Of a stretch of DNA of 64,000 nt, positions 9,879 to 19,264 are shown in pieces. Source of the DNA: an uncultured bacterium (GTDB taxonomy: Bacteria; Babelota; Babeliae; Babelales; Vermiphilaceae); NCBI GenBank assembly GCA_963727255.1, contig CAVSFC010000002.1, forward strand, positions 544,001 to 608,000, given 5' to 3'. Under the pieces are notes generated by a model, which worked only from the letters and a program-made list of their open reading frames with translations, made no database searches and was not told where the DNA came from. Position 1 is the first letter of the stretch; the number at the start of each line of letters is the position of its first letter. A program made the position numbers and the translations under genes.

Positions 9879-10058
9879 GAATATCCCTAAAAAAAGCATT
9901 TTTACTAGTATAACAGCTAAAAAATTATAAAAAAGGTTGCCAGTGGGGCTGCCAAAGGGAGCAATGTGAGTGTTTTTGGCCCATTTAATAATTTGACAAA
10001 TAGAATTATTTAGTTAGAATAATAGATAGAAAACTAGTAAAAATAAATGGAGGATATC

Positions 10059-10919
10059 ATGTCAAAAAATATAAGAAATGTATTGATTATTTTGGGGTTT
10101 TGCGCGAACCTTGGTTCATTTGCGATGGCTATGGATAAACCACCAAAAAAACGCAAAAATATTGAGCTTCCTGAAGAAATTAGAAAAAGTTCCCGAATAG
10201 AAGTTGCTGAGGCAACTAAAGAGGCTTCGGGTATTAGTGCGCTCAATGCTCTTCGGAAAAAGAAAGTATGGAAAAAATTGCATGAACAAATGAGGAAAAG
10301 TAAATCTGATTCAGAATTGTCAGTCGCAGATGAATTGAATAATTTATTTGAGAAAGCGCAATCGCAATCTGATGAAACAAATAAGCCACTTTTACCTGAT
10401 AGGGCTCTTTCAGTAGTTAGCAGTGATAGCGATAACTTTGCTTCATTATTGGAATTAGCAAAAGAAGTTGTAAAAAAAGACAATGAGCAGATTCGCTTTC
10501 AATGCATCGCTCTTGATGACGGTAGTCTCGAAGTAACTGAGAAAAGTGGTAGCTATTCTCGCAATTATATATTAAAAATGTTCGGAAAAATTACTGCATT
10601 TGCAACTACACCGAATGCTGACACTATCGTTTCGACTGATAACAAAAACATGGTAACAATATGGAAAAAATTCGCTCAATCATTTTGGGTTCCTCTCTCT
10701 AAGAATGCTGAGGGGCTAGTTAAATGCGAAGAAAGAACCAGCACGGTATACCGGCCTATTGAGCTTGGCATTCTGGAAAATCCAATAGCAAATTTATCTA
10801 TTAATCCAGACGGCTCGCGTATTATTGCCAAACATAAAGGTGGCATTTCACGTAAAACAACAGTATGGGAGCTCAAGAAATTCCCCTATTTTGAATACCA
10901 AAGAACAGATATTGAATAA
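10059..10919 (+). CDS. Secreted hypothetical protein with N-terminal NLS-like motif and WD40-like C-terminus
   Basis: GGAGG RBS; signal peptide FAMA|MDKPPKKRK; WD-like segments VTIWKK, LSINPDGSRII, TTVWEL. Confidence 0.8.
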   Translation: MSKNIRNVLIILGFCANLGSFAMAMDKPPKKRKNIELPEEIRKSSRIEVAEATKEASGISALNALRKKKVWKKLHEQMRKSKSDSELSVADELNNLFEKAQSQSDETNKPLLPDRALSVVSSDSDNFASLLELAKEVVKKDNEQIRFQCIALDDGSLEVTEKSGSYSRNYILKMFGKITAFATTPNADTIVSTDNKNMVTIWKKFAQSFWVPLSKNAEGLVKCEERTSTVYRPIELGILENPIANLSINPDGSRIIAKHKGGISRKTTVWELKKFPYFEYQRTDIE

Positions 10920-10946
10920 TAACAAATAGCATCGCATTAAAAGATG

Positions 10947-10980
10947 AAAATAGGCCCGGTTTAGTCGGGCCTATTTTTTT
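10947..10980 (+). terminator. Intrinsic terminator
   Basis: aaaataggcccg-loop-cgggcctattttttt. Confidence 0.85.
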
Positions 10981-11114
10981 GTAAAAAAGAGGCAAAAACC
11001 CTTGATTTATAGGGCTTTTTTGGGCTATTATAATATTACAGATAGAAATGTTTCTCTGGTAAGGGAAGAGTGGATTTCCGAGAGAAATTATGAGGATAAA
11101 AAAGGAGAAAAATC

Positions 11115-11654
11115 ATGAAAAGAATATTGACAATTGCCTTATTGCTTTCAACAGTAAGTTTAGCAAACGGGGCTTCCTGGGCTGAAATGTTTCAACAATA
11201 TATGGGGCAACCAGTTGCAAGTACCACCGCAACTGCAACAACCGGGACAGCTGTAACCCAGCAAGCATCGGTACTCGATCAATTAAAAGATCTAATCCCA
11301 GGATTGATAGCAAATATTAAAATTCTTGCTCCAAAAGTAGTTGAATTAGCGAGCAAGGGCGCACAAGGTGGAATTTCTGGATGGTTTGCCCGTGCAGCGG
11401 ATCTTGGTGGAGATACAGTTGCACAAAATGCATTAAAAGGTTTAGTTAATCAGTTGACTACTATTAGTGGTTCTGCAACTTCGCTTTTGAGTAATGGAGA
11501 TGCAACTACACAATCAATGGTCAAAGGACTTTTATCCCAAGTAACTCAAATTCCTGAGTTTAAGACTCTTCTGGAATACGCTAAGAATATTCCAATGATT
11601 GGGGGACAATTGCAATCATACCTTGAATCATTGACCAAGGAAGCTGCTCAGTAA
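11115..11654 (+). CDS. Secreted hypothetical protein (Thr/Ala-rich linker, amphipathic helices)
   Basis: AAAGGAG RBS; signal peptide MKRILTIALLLSTVSLANG. Confidence 0.8.
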   Translation: MKRILTIALLLSTVSLANGASWAEMFQQYMGQPVASTTATATTGTAVTQQASVLDQLKDLIPGLIANIKILAPKVVELASKGAQGGISGWFARAADLGGDTVAQNALKGLVNQLTTISGSATSLLSNGDATTQSMVKGLLSQVTQIPEFKTLLEYAKNIPMIGGQLQSYLESLTKEAAQ

Positions 11655-11679
11655 TAGAAAAGCAAATTCAGAGCGACAA

Positions 11680-12348
11680 TTAAACTCTGTCGCTCTGAAT
11701 ATATTTTTTTATGCAAAGCACCAATGGCGCGAGTAATGCCATCGTTATCATTTTAATGGTGAATGCAACGAGCATCACCTGCCCAATATTATCAATAATG
11801 CCATAAAGCCCCAGCAGACTAAAAAGAATCGTATCAAGCGCTTGTGAAACAGTAATACTTATAATATTGCGCAATAAAAGACGCTTCCCTTCAAAAAGCC
11901 GTTTAAGAACCGCATAAAAATGGGTGTCAAAATGCTGCACTATCAGATAGACAATGATTGATGCTGAGGTTAATCGTGGCATATAAGAGAGCAGATTATA
12001 ATAATAATTGTGCGAAAAATCGCTCATGCTTGGTATATAAAAAATATGTATCTGTGAGACGATGGTATAAAAAATAAGCAAAACAAAACTTATCCAAATG
12101 GCCTTTCTGGCTATATGTTTGCCGTAATATTCTTGCAGTAAATTTAAGCTCAGCACAGATCCAACAATATACATATCAGATGCGGTAGCCGTAAATCCAA
12201 ACAAAGTAATTTGCTTGATTACAAATAAATTCGCGAGAATCGCTTGCACACATAAAAAGGCTACCAGAGCCTCTGCTCCCATCTTAAGCATAATGAGTGT
12301 GGTAGCGGTAATGGAGAGCAGATGAAAAAGAAATAATAGTTCATTCAT
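11680..12348 (-). CDS. yhhQ: Queuosine precursor transporter (YhhQ/VUT family)
   Basis: ILANLFVIKQITLFG, LLQEYYGKHIARKAIW, PRLTSAS, RNIISITVSQALDTILF. Confidence 0.88.
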   Translation of the reverse strand: MNELLFLFHLLSITATTLIMLKMGAEALVAFLCVQAILANLFVIKQITLFGFTATASDMYIVGSVLSLNLLQEYYGKHIARKAIWISFVLLIFYTIVSQIHIFYIPSMSDFSHNYYYNLLSYMPRLTSASIIVYLIVQHFDTHFYAVLKRLFEGKRLLLRNIISITVSQALDTILFSLLGLYGIIDNIGQVMLVAFTIKMITMALLAPLVLCIKKYIQSDRV

Positions 12349-12435
12349 TTTAAAACTCTTGTGTAATGGGATGAGCAATCATGATACTAAATATCGCACG
12401 ATCACAAAAGAGCCATCTTTAAAATGGGAGATTAC

Positions 12436-13284
12436 ATGAAAGAAATTTTGCTCATTCTTTTGGTGTCTGTTTCTTTGAAAGGAATGGAACAAGAAAATTC
12501 TCGCGAGCAAGCAAAAAAAATAATAAAACAGCTGGTGCAAGAAGCCATTGAAGAAAAGGAACGTTCTTACGAAAATTCTGGAGTCATTGTTGCTAGGCCA
12601 ATTTTTATTAAAGCAGAGGTTGATACCGGTCCAATCCATATTGATGATGAAAAAGGGATTATGGTTGCTGATGGTAAAGTTTTTATCGTTGATTATAAAA
12701 ATCAGGCGATTACTAAAAAACTACAAATGCAATCACGCATTGAATTATCCCACAATGCGGGCGCTGCCATTGTGGCAGTAACTGCAATTAAGAATATGGT
12801 CGGAGCTGCTCATACAACTACTATTTTATTGGGGGAAGATAAGGGAAGGATACTTGTTCTTGATCCTGAAGATTGTCAATTTAGAACATTAGGGCAGGTT
12901 CCGGGAAGAATCCTTTCTTTCGCAATTAATCGCAAGGGGGATCGCATAGCTGTCAGATTTACTGGCAAAGATTCAGAAGGTCTACCCGTGCCATGCTTTG
13001 CATTGAGTGCTGCGTATTTACAAAAACAAAATGAATTAAAGACAATTACCGATTCTGAAAAACGTCGCTCATGGAGATCAATTAATAATTGGCAGTGGAC
13101 TGAATTTTTTACTGAGCAATGTAAACATGAAGTAAAAGCAATTACTGTTAAAAAGAAATATTGTATTACTGAGTGCGCAACGGGATATTTAGAAAAATGG
13201 AAAATTAAACATGCCAGTACCAATCCGCGACTTAAATGCATCAAGAAAACAAAGATAGAAGAAGGAGGCAAGCGCAATGTTTAG
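12436..13284 (+). CDS. Secreted beta-propeller-like hypothetical protein, paralog 1
   Basis: Signal peptide SLKG|MEQ; aligns by eye with the next ORF. Confidence 0.8.
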   Translation: MKEILLILLVSVSLKGMEQENSREQAKKIIKQLVQEAIEEKERSYENSGVIVARPIFIKAEVDTGPIHIDDEKGIMVADGKVFIVDYKNQAITKKLQMQSRIELSHNAGAAIVAVTAIKNMVGAAHTTTILLGEDKGRILVLDPEDCQFRTLGQVPGRILSFAINRKGDRIAVRFTGKDSEGLPVPCFALSAAYLQKQNELKTITDSEKRRSWRSINNWQWTEFFTEQCKHEVKAITVKKKYCITECATGYLEKWKIKHASTNPRLKCIKKTKIEEGGKRNV

Positions 13285-14086
13285 ACCCGTTCTTTTAGTA
13301 CTAATATTCAGCAATTATTTTTTCACCGGCGCGATGGAACTGCCCAAAACCAATTCGCCTTGCGCGCAAGCAATACGCGAAATAGTAATGCAACATGCCC
13401 AGGAACGAGAAAATTTGCGCAAATTCAAAGAAAATTTAAGCTTTTATAGCCGCACTAGGTCAAATAGTTTGCCCGCATTATGGTTCAAGCAAGATATTGA
13501 GTCTGGGACGATATTTGTTAAAGAAGATACAGGATTTTTATGCACACCAAAGAGGCTTTATGTTGTTGATGCGGTCAAAAAACAGACAAAAGAGTTTTCT
13601 ATGCCAGAAGGCATAGATCAAAGCGATACCATCGAACCTTTGGCTACAGTTACGACGCTCAATTATGGAAAAATGATCGGATTCAATGATTGCCAAGTCT
13701 TTTTGGGTGAAAGTAACGGAGGCATATTGATTGCTAATCCTAATACTCTTGAAATAAAACCATTTGGGAAGGTATCGGGAAGCATTTTACGGCTCTTGTC
13801 AGACTCCTTAGGGCAGCGGTTTGCCGTATGTTTTGATGCCGATAAGACTCATGAAAAAGCTTCAAAGCACTTCGCGCTTGCCGTCGCCTGTAGTAAGAAA
13901 TCATCTGACTTTGCTGAAAATTTACAGTGGACTGAACTGATAAGTGGTCGATGCGAATACACAATAAAGAAAATAATGTTTAATGCGAACTACCTTGAAA
14001 CGCATGGTGATGGCGGCATTCTCGATCAATGGTATTTGCAAAACATTGACACGAATCCAAAATTGGTTAAATTAGCCAGGCCATAA
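13277..14086 (+). CDS. Secreted beta-propeller-like hypothetical protein, paralog 2
   Basis: Signal peptide TGA|MEL; shares LGExxGxILxxxP, GxVxGxIL, QWTE and TNP(R/K)L with 12436..13284. Confidence 0.8.
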   Translation: MFRPVLLVLIFSNYFFTGAMELPKTNSPCAQAIREIVMQHAQERENLRKFKENLSFYSRTRSNSLPALWFKQDIESGTIFVKEDTGFLCTPKRLYVVDAVKKQTKEFSMPEGIDQSDTIEPLATVTTLNYGKMIGFNDCQVFLGESNGGILIANPNTLEIKPFGKVSGSILRLLSDSLGQRFAVCFDADKTHEKASKHFALAVACSKKSSDFAENLQWTELISGRCEYTIKKIMFNANYLETHGDGGILDQWYLQNIDTNPKLVKLARP

Positions 14087-14128
14087 ATTTTCAATGAATA
14101 TTCTAAAATCTCGGGGAGAAATAATTCT

Positions 14129-14464
14129 ATGCTTCATCGATATGCTTTATTATTAGCAATGTTTATGATTCATAATCTGGGCGCAATGGATGCAGAGACG
14201 AATGAACATTCAAAAACAATTGGTGCGGTTTATCGGTATTGTTTGCAACATATGTCAAAGCAACCAACAATATTTGAATGCACCGAACTTTTCAATCAAT
14301 TAAGCCAGGCCCCTTTCGTCAAACGGCCCCAATCTCCACTGGCAGAACTGGATCATGAAAATAAACGATACTTGGTCAGCCTAGAATCAAACGTCGCCGT
14401 TGAGAATGTATATCAAATTGCTCATTATAAAAGTGATGGCGCTTCAGAAGTGACTTGCGATTAA
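14129..14464 (+). CDS. Small secreted hypothetical protein
   Basis: GGGGAG RBS; signal peptide NLGA|MDA. Confidence 0.7.
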   Translation: MLHRYALLLAMFMIHNLGAMDAETNEHSKTIGAVYRYCLQHMSKQPTIFECTELFNQLSQAPFVKRPQSPLAELDHENKRYLVSLESNVAVENVYQIAHYKSDGASEVTCD

Positions 14465-15433
14465 GGGATATTCTTTGAATCCGATAAGACGGCATTCAGG
14501 CTGCGGCACGATGCCAAATTCCTTTTTTACCATCTCTTGCATCGTTCGCGCAAGAGTAATAATTTCTGTGCTCGTTGCATTGCCTTGATTTACAAGCATA
14601 TTAGCATGCTGGTATGAAACAATCGCATCGCCAACTTGCAGTTGGCCTTTAACGCCAATTTTATCAAGATAATAAGCAACATAGATCATTTTTTTACTGT
14701 TGCTCATGCAAGTAACTTCATGATCCAGAAAATTCCGAAAAAAACTGCCACAAGTATTTTTATTTGGATACCGGCTATGACGATGACGAATAATTTCTAC
14801 ACGTCGGCCCTTGGCAAATGCGGTCTCAATATCAGTTGCTTTCTTGAGCTTAAATGTTGCATCTATTAAATAGTGTTTCTCATCATGCAATTTTGATTGA
14901 TCATATCCAAAATCAAACCAAGATGGCTCTACGATTTCAAATTTTCCTGTTTTACGATCAATGATTGTTGCTTGCATCATAAATTGGGCAAGCAAGTATT
15001 GGAAGTAATGAAGATTGATGTACACCGATCCGCCAACGGTCCCGGGAATGCCGCTAAACTCTTCTAAGCCAAGGAGATTATTTTGCAAGCAAAACAGAAT
15101 GAGATCATGCATGCTAATACCAGCGCCAGCCTTAATAAAATATTCTCCATTTTGGACGATAATAATCATTTCTTTTAATTGCGGCCGAATTACTAACCCG
15201 TCAAAACCCTCATCGCTAATCAAAATATTAGCTCCTTGGCCCAAAACAAAAATGGGCAATTGCCGAAATTGCGCAAAAGCGAGCGCATTTTGAAATTCTT
15301 GCACAGTAGTTGGCTCACAAAAAAAGCGCGCCGGGCCACCAGTAGCAAACCAATTTTTATCTTTTAAAGGAATATTGGTAGTGATGAAAGTTGGAATGGC
15401 GCCAGTCTCTTTAAGAATTTGTTGTTTGTTCAT
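14444..15433 (-). CDS. murB: UDP-N-acetylenolpyruvoylglucosamine reductase
   Basis: TGGPA, LGQGANILISDEG, GLEEFSGIPGTVGG, CGSFFRN, HANMLVNQGNAT. Confidence 0.93.
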   Translation of the reverse strand: MNKQQILKETGAIPTFITTNIPLKDKNWFATGGPARFFCEPTTVQEFQNALAFAQFRQLPIFVLGQGANILISDEGFDGLVIRPQLKEMIIIVQNGEYFIKAGAGISMHDLILFCLQNNLLGLEEFSGIPGTVGGSVYINLHYFQYLLAQFMMQATIIDRKTGKFEIVEPSWFDFGYDQSKLHDEKHYLIDATFKLKKATDIETAFAKGRRVEIIRHRHSRYPNKNTCGSFFRNFLDHEVTCMSNSKKMIYVAYYLDKIGVKGQLQVGDAIVSYQHANMLVNQGNATSTEIITLARTMQEMVKKEFGIVPQPECRLIGFKEYPLIASHF

Positions 15434-16343
15434 GTGGTGAATAAACCTTACAGGGATTAGGGCGTTTTGGTGCATTCTGATTGGTAATCATATCAAAGCA
15501 AATTTTGCTACAGGTATTAGCATAGTTTTGCAGACAATCTTTGCAACAAATAAAATGCCGATTACATGATGCGCGTAAACAATTGGTATAATCATCGCAA
15601 GGGATCTTGCAAATAGAGCAACTGCCTAAAATATCATCGGTAACTTTGACTGCTGTGCGCCCATCAAACACATAATTCTTTCCACGAAAAAAACCATTAG
15701 GAAATTGTTCGATATAGCGATGAATGCCCCCCTTAATTTGATATACTTCTTGGGCTACGCCTTTTGATTTTACATACGCAGAAGCACGCTCGCAGCGGAT
15801 TCCTCCCGTGCAATACATAAGAACTTGTTTATCTTTAAAATCCTCAAGATGCTTATCAATATAAGCGGGAAAATCTCTAAAATTGGCAACATCAGGTTTT
15901 ATGGCGCCAGACATTGTTCCAATCGCCGATTCTACTTTATTACGGCAATCAATAATAATCAAATTTTCAGGTTTTTGCGCGATCAGTTCATGAGCTTGAG
16001 CTGGCTCTAAATGTATGCCGCCATGCTCAGCGCGAATAGTTGCGGGATCAAGTCCTAAATTCACAATTTCTTTTTTTATTACGATACGTAATCGGGGAAA
16101 GTGATCACCAGTATGAGTAGTTTCTTTAAAATCAATGTCATTGAATAAAGGATGTTCAAGCATCTGTTGCTTATACAGTTCTAAATTTTCATGATCTCCG
16201 CCAAGGGTGCCGTTGATTCCTTCATGCCCAAGAATCACACGGCCTTTTAATCTGAATCGCGCGCAGATTTCTTTTTGCCAAGTGAGTATTTTGTGGGGAC
16301 GATCAATAAAAATATATTTATAAAAAAGTATGATTGATTTCAT
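15411..16343 (-). CDS. trhO: Rhodanese-domain tRNA U34 hydroxylase (UPF0176/YceA family)
   Basis: LKGRVILGHEGINGT, MYCTGGIRCERAS, GGIHRY, GKNYVFDGR. Confidence 0.92.
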   Translation of the reverse strand: MKSIILFYKYIFIDRPHKILTWQKEICARFRLKGRVILGHEGINGTLGGDHENLELYKQQMLEHPLFNDIDFKETTHTGDHFPRLRIVIKKEIVNLGLDPATIRAEHGGIHLEPAQAHELIAQKPENLIIIDCRNKVESAIGTMSGAIKPDVANFRDFPAYIDKHLEDFKDKQVLMYCTGGIRCERASAYVKSKGVAQEVYQIKGGIHRYIEQFPNGFFRGKNYVFDGRTAVKVTDDILGSCSICKIPCDDYTNCLRASCNRHFICCKDCLQNYANTCSKICFDMITNQNAPKRPNPCKVYSPHEQTTNS

Positions 16344-16379
16344 AATTTCATTGATGGTAACTAGATTGTTTTATATTAA

Positions 16380-16775
16380 TTATTGGTTCGGCTGGCTATC
16401 GATTTCGCTCGATTCTAATGGTTTATCATAAATTGGAATTTTTATTAATCTACGATATTCAGTTCCGCGTGAGGTAACGTCCATAGCTGCTCCTTCATCG
16501 GCTTTCCAATTAGTAGTACTACTGGTAGTAGATTCACCGTGTGAACGTTTATAATCTTCTATTATAGTTGCCGGAGGACCATTGGAGGTTACGATAGGTT
16601 CTTCTTTTTGAGATTCTCTTCCATAACCAGTTTCTAAAAAGACGGTCTTAAGCAATGTCCCACTATTTTCCAGTTTCTGCATATATTCCATCAAGTTAAC
16701 TGTTTTATCCATACTCAATATGGGAAGAGTAAATAGCTGATTCGTGCAAAATATAATAATCATTTTCTTTATCAT
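16380..16775 (-). CDS. Secreted hypothetical protein
   Basis: Signal-like N-terminus ending ILS|MDK; start overlaps the upstream stop (ATGA). Confidence 0.7.
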   Translation of the reverse strand: MIKKMIIIFCTNQLFTLPILSMDKTVNLMEYMQKLENSGTLLKTVFLETGYGRESQKEEPIVTSNGPPATIIEDYKRSHGESTTSSTTNWKADEGAAMDVTSRGTEYRRLIKIPIYDKPLESSEIDSQPNQ

Positions 16776-17569
16776 ACATGATCCATCTTTCGTTTAAAAA
16801 AATATATTGCTACTACGCTAAACATACAAAAAAAGCCGAGCAAAGCAACAATACAGATTGTATACGAAATAAACTGATCTGAGCCAATGAGTGCAGAACG
16901 AACACCCTCAGTAAAATAGGTAAATGGATCAAGCAGTGAAAGATAGTCCAAGCAGTGGGATAATTTTTGCTTAATAAATACCAGGGAAGCCAAAGCCCAC
17001 CAAGTACCACCAAGGGCCAATTGAATCGCAGCCAAAATTGCCGAATGCTTGTTGCTTTTTTAATAATGCAAAGCCCCATCATTATATATGACGCGCAATA
17101 TAATGATGCGGCGACAATTACTATCATGAGAGCAAACCAGCTGCTCTGAAGAGATTCAAAATAGCTTGGTAAAATCGCATAAGCAAGCGGGAAATAGGGA
17201 ATAGATATAAGGCTTGCAATGAGTGCGGGAAAAGGATCATTTTGATAAGCAGAATGCGCGGTGGCACTATTGATATTTGATAGTCAATAAAGCGATCATG
17301 TTCAAGATCAAAAACAAAAGATGCGATCAGTGTATAGCATAATGAAAGCATGTTTATACGCGAACGTTCCGACCAATAAAATTACGCTTGTTTTAGTATG
17401 CCCAGGGCCAAAATAAACCCCTGGCTGAATATATCCAAAAGTTATAATAGCCAAGAGCGGATAAATCAAAAGATAATTGATGCCAAAATTGCTTATCCGT
17501 TTACCAAAAACATAAAAATCGCGAGCAAGCAAGCGCATAAGCAAGCGGCAGGAATACAATTAATTGCAT
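16772..17569 (-). CDS. ABC-2 type transporter permease, split by several indels
   Basis: Fragments in four ORFs (LLARDF, FDLEHDRFIDYQI, LLDPFTYFTEGVRSAL..KRKMDHV) are paralogous to the upstream permease. Confidence 0.8.
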
Positions 17570-17580
17570 ACAGTGCTCCC

Positions 17581-18372
17581 TCAGACCGGATCTAATCGTT
17601 TATAAATTGCGCGTGCAAGCAGGTATCCAAGCATCAGGCACGCACTGCTTACAGCAAGCATGCACATAAGCAGGGGTAAATAATTCTTCCTGTCCAAAAA
17701 GTGCCGATCGTAATCCTTCATGCACATACGTAACCGGATTAAGTAAAAAAGATAGGCAATAGATTCATTAAAAATAAATAATCCCTTCCAGGTATAATAG
17801 CCGCACCCTAAAAAAAAGAGAGGGGTGAGCCTTCGTGCCCATACATTATCAAGAAACCAGGTATACGTTGAACTAAACGAAACATGCAAAAATAATAATG
17901 AATAAAATAACAAGTTAAGCAGATACATTACCATTAAAAGTATCCAGGATGGCGGATTCATTGGCAGGGATGAGGAAAGCACCACGCTTCCAAAAACGAT
18001 AATTGGCAGAGTTATCATCAGAAGTTCTATCATAAAAGAAAGAACGATTTGAGAAAACAGCCAAATTTTTGGTAGTGGCAACGCCATTTGATAATTAATA
18101 AAGCGAGCATGATGCAGATCATTAGCATATTTAAATGCGATATTATATCCTGCAGAAAATACGATCTGAGTAATCATACCAATAAAAAGTGGGCCGATTA
18201 AATATGAGGGCATGCCCATTATTGGGAGAAAATAGGCAATTACCAGAATCTGCATAGTAGCAATTACCAGACCATCAATAACCCGCGTTGATAATTCAGA
18301 AAGTATGAATTTAAAATCTCGATATACAAGCGCGCCAAAGGTGCGCAGGTATTGCAAACTCTTATTGGCCAT
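17581..18372 (-). CDS. ABC-2 type transporter permease
   Basis: Multi-TM protein, ALVYRDF, RFINYQMALP, ends KRLDPV; follows the ABC ATPase. Confidence 0.85.
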   Translation of the reverse strand: MANKSLQYLRTFGALVYRDFKFILSELSTRVIDGLVIATMQILVIAYFLPIMGMPSYLIGPLFIGMITQIVFSAGYNIAFKYANDLHHARFINYQMALPLPKIWLFSQIVLSFMIELLMITLPIIVFGSVVLSSSLPMNPPSWILLMVMYLLNLLFYSLLFLHVSFSSTYTWFLDNVWARRLTPLFFLGCGYYTWKGLFIFNESIAYLFYLIRLRMCMKDYDRHFLDRKNYLPLLMCMLAVSSACLMLGYLLARAIYKRLDPV

Positions 18373-19111
18373 CGGCTTCCTTGGTGAGTTCTAAAAATAT
18401 CTCTTCCAGTGAGGCCATCTGATGGCGTGCCTTTAAATCTTTCACTGATTCAATAAGCTGCACTTTTCCTTTATTTAAAATGCACACGCGATCAGAAAGC
18501 TGCTCAGCTTCATCAAGATAGTGAGTAGTTAAAATAACGGTAATGCCTTTTTGCTTAAGCTCTTTGATGATCGTCCATAATTTGCGACGGATATCAGGAT
18601 CAAGCCCAACGGTTGGCTCATCAAGTAATACAATTTGAGGATTATGCATGAGCGCGCGTGCAATGAGCACTCGTTGCTTGGTACCCCCAGAAAGCTGGTC
18701 AATTTGGAACTCAGCATAGCGAGTCAATTCAAGCAGCTCCATCAATTCCTGAGCCCGCTTTTGAATCTCTGCTTCGGGTAATAAGAAATAACGCCCGGCA
18801 AAGATCAGATTATCGCGCACATTTAAAAAGGTATCAAGATTCTGCTTTTGGGGGCAAAATCCCAGTGCTTTGCGATAGTGCATTAAATTTTTATAAATCG
18901 AGACCCCATTAAAAAGTACGTCACCAGAAGTTGCTGGATGTAATGTCGCAATAATTGATGAGAGTGTGGTTTTTCCCGCGCCATTAACCCCCAAAAGGCC
19001 GAAAATTTCTCCCTTTTGAATATCGAGGCTTACCCCGTTAAGGGCATTAACAATGCGATGATCAGTTTTATAGGTTTTCGATACGTTGCGTATCGAGAGT
19101 ATGTGTTGCAT
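18362..19111 (-). CDS. ABC exporter ATP-binding protein (DrrA/NodI-like)
   Basis: Walker A GVNGAGKTT, LSGG signature, LLDEPTVGLD, TTHYLDEAE. Confidence 0.95.
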   Translation of the reverse strand: MQHILSIRNVSKTYKTDHRIVNALNGVSLDIQKGEIFGLLGVNGAGKTTLSSIIATLHPATSGDVLFNGVSIYKNLMHYRKALGFCPQKQNLDTFLNVRDNLIFAGRYFLLPEAEIQKRAQELMELLELTRYAEFQIDQLSGGTKQRVLIARALMHNPQIVLLDEPTVGLDPDIRRKLWTIIKELKQKGITVILTTHYLDEAEQLSDRVCILNKGKVQLIESVKDLKARHQMASLEEIFLELTKEADGQ

Positions 19112-19264
19112 GAGAAAAGGCCTTATGACAAGAAAAATATGCCTAAATTATAGCTTTTTTTCTATAATATCACAATCAAATATTTCAATTCATTGATATT
19201 TTTAATGGTATCTGATTTTACTGTAAACAATAATGTAATTTTTCTTTAAAAAGGAAGAAAAGTA

